From Candidatus Collierbacteria bacterium GW2011_GWB2_45_17 (GTDB taxonomy: Bacteria; Patescibacteriota; Microgenomatia; UBA1400; MFAQ01), in assembly GCA_001001485.1 (NCBI GenBank), contig LCKO01000004.1, forward strand, positions 4,761-68,760: a DNA stretch of 64,000 nt, written 5' to 3'. Shown here one piece after another: positions 62,758-64,000 of this stretch. The position numbers and the translations under genes were made by a program. Under the pieces are notes generated by a model, which was not told where the DNA came from, ran no database searches, and saw nothing but the letters and a program-made list of their open reading frames with translations. The first letter of the stretch is position 1; every line of letters starts with the position of its first letter.

Positions 62758-62825
62758 AAATTCTAGGGCCAGGCCTTGAAGATTGGGGATCCTATAAGGC
62801 CTGGCCCTGATAGGAGTAAAATTGG
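62758..62825. repeat. REP/MITE-like palindromic element, copy 3 of 3 (between divergent gene starts)
   Basis: gaaattctagggccaggccttgaagattggggatcctataaggcctggccctgataggag; variant of copies 1-2 with small indels. Confidence 0.75.
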
Positions 62826-63696
62826 TGATGTGAAGATTGAAACATTTGATAAAAGCTGGTTTGAGGACAGTAAGACGCTGAAAAATATCGTCGGCAAACA
62901 TGCCGCCGGACAAGTGACCATTATTGGAGGAAGCAAACTGTTTCATGGCGCACCATTACTGGCTTTGAGAGGGGCGGCTAGAATTGCGGGGATGGTTTAT
63001 TTTTCGACACCGGACGAAGATAAAGAGGTGGCAGATAAAATCAAAACAGGGCTGTCTAGCTTTGTTTGGGTACCTTACGAGGAAGCCGGAAACTACATTG
63101 CCAAATCTGATGCGGTACTAATTGGACCGGGGATGATGAGGAGCCACATCAAAGAACAGAACTTTGTTTGTGACCGCGAGGGAGAAGCGACGAGAAGAAG
63201 GTGTCAAGATCTATTTGATAAACATGCCGACAGAAAATGGGTGATCGACGGTGGAGCCCTGCAAGTGGTAAGTGTAGAAAAAATGCCTCGAGGAGCAGTG
63301 GTGACTCCAAATGATAAAGAGTTTGAGATGATGTTTGGTCAAAAAATAGAAGAGGAAATTGAAAAAAGAGGTGAACAGATTCTATCACTGGCTAAAAAGT
63401 ATCACCTGGTAATCTTGACGAAAGATAAAATTTCGATAGTAAGCGATGGTGAAAGAGTCGTAAAAATATTGGGAGGAAATGACGGACTGGTGAAGGGCGG
63501 TATCGGGGACACGATCGCCGGTGTGTTGGCGGGGTTTTTGGCCAAAGACGAACCGATATTTGCCGCGGCGGCGGCCTCATATTTGGTAAAAGGAGCGGCA
63601 GAAAAGTTGGCCGAACGGCAAGGCTATATGTTTAACGCTGATGATGTAGTAAATATGGTGCCAGAAATATACGGAGAGGCGGTAAATAACTTGTGA
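62776..63696 (+). CDS. NAD(P)H-hydrate dehydratase (YjeF C-terminal / Nnr2, carbohydrate-kinase fold)
   Basis: VTIIGGSKLFHGAPLLALRGAARIAGMVYF, VLIGPGMM, GGNDGLVKGGIGDTIAGVLAGFLAK. The 5' end is uncertain: the first codons come from the REP-like element, and a GTG at about 62830 is an alternative start. Confidence 0.7.
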   Translation: MKIGDPIRPGPDRSKIGDVKIETFDKSWFEDSKTLKNIVGKHAAGQVTIIGGSKLFHGAPLLALRGAARIAGMVYFSTPDEDKEVADKIKTGLSSFVWVPYEEAGNYIAKSDAVLIGPGMMRSHIKEQNFVCDREGEATRRRCQDLFDKHADRKWVIDGGALQVVSVEKMPRGAVVTPNDKEFEMMFGQKIEEEIEKRGEQILSLAKKYHLVILTKDKISIVSDGERVVKILGGNDGLVKGGIGDTIAGVLAGFLAKDEPIFAAAAASYLVKGAAEKLAERQGYMFNADDVVNMVPEIYGEAVNNL

Positions 63697-63726
63697 TATT
63701 CCGCAGAAAATGCGATAATTGATTTA

Positions 63727-64000
63727 TGTTTTCTCCGTCGTATCAGATAACAAACAAGATTCTTTCCAGTCTAATAAATATTGAAGTAAACAGTAAGATC
63801 ATTGAACTGGCTCAGTTGCAGGTGGATTGGGAGGGGAGACTTAGACTGGAGAGTTTGGTAAAACGAATTTACAGTGTGTTTCATTTTGTGGAAAATGGTT
63901 TGAGTACAGATGATGTGGCAAAAATAGTCAAAGACGAGCCGGAGAGGGACGATAAGGCCGGGGAGGTGGCTTTGAGAACGGGAGTGGTGGGAAAAGAAAA
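63727..64000 (+). CDS. Partial hypothetical ORF running off the window end
   Basis: MFSPSYQITNKILSSLINIEVNSKIIELAQLQVDWEGRLRLESLVKRIYSVFHFVENGLSTDDVAKIVKDE... with no stop before the end. Confidence 0.3.

Noticed and set aside
1-64000. CRISPR arrays, rRNA genes, and alternative genetic code (UGA recoding)
   Set aside because: No regularly spaced direct repeats with spacers and no rRNA-like sequence were seen. Conserved genes terminate at normal TAA/TAG/TGA positions under the standard code, with no in-frame TGA inside well-aligned genes.

Overview
The gene content, the small compact genes and a GC content that I judge by eye to be roughly 40-45% suggest a streamlined Patescibacteria/CPR-like bacterium read with the standard genetic code.

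**Core genes.** These are rpoD, tdk, cysS, a class II HMG-CoA reductase, uppP, prmC, a beta-CASP MBL RNase, the Rrf2-sufCBD-sufS-sufU operon with sufT nearby, and a sugar-phosphate cluster (rpiB, rpe, LOG, split transketolase, archaeal-type class I aldolase, PfkB kinase, 2-hydroxyacid dehydrogenase). Further core genes are two tandem PBP1A genes flanking a GH18 hydrolase, nrdR plus class II RNR, trpS, ftsH, a 5'-3' exonuclease, a GT4 glycosyltransferase, mutM and recF.

**Accessory region.** It sits at about 3.3-12.9 kb and begins at a tRNA-Asn whose 5' end overlaps a GIY-YIG nuclease gene. It is visibly AT-rich and contains:
- secreted and membrane hypothetical proteins;
- a PIN toxin with an upstream zinc-ribbon partner;
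- a P-loop kinase-like protein, a SAM methyltransferase, a Cys-rich secreted protein, an APH-like phosphotransferase and an SGNH hydrolase;
- a two-gene module pairing an excisionase/MerR-type HTH fused to a GHKL ATPase with a DUF4325 STAS-like protein.

Four consecutive genes in this region are each preceded by a CCACCTCCGAGGTGG palindrome.

**Second accessory patch.** At about 49.3-54.7 kb lie a membrane-anchored VirD4/TraG-like ATPase, tRNA-Ile(UAU), a tyrosine recombinase, an FtsB-like protein, an HTH-LAGLIDADG-like protein and tRNA-Met(CAU). A HicBA toxin-antitoxin pair lies at 23.0-23.5 kb.

**Short repeats inserted in frame into housekeeping genes.** This is the most unusual thing directly visible in the sequence. 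There are three kinds:
- an 8-bp-period A-rich tandem repeat (RAACTCAA)n inside sufD, sufU, the 5'-3' exonuclease and fpg, and at two gene ends;
- a 21-nt perfect palindrome inside rpiB that shares its core with a roughly 65-nt REP/MITE-like palindromic element present in three intergenic copies;
- a 22-nt repeat inside sufS, with a second copy in an intergenic region.
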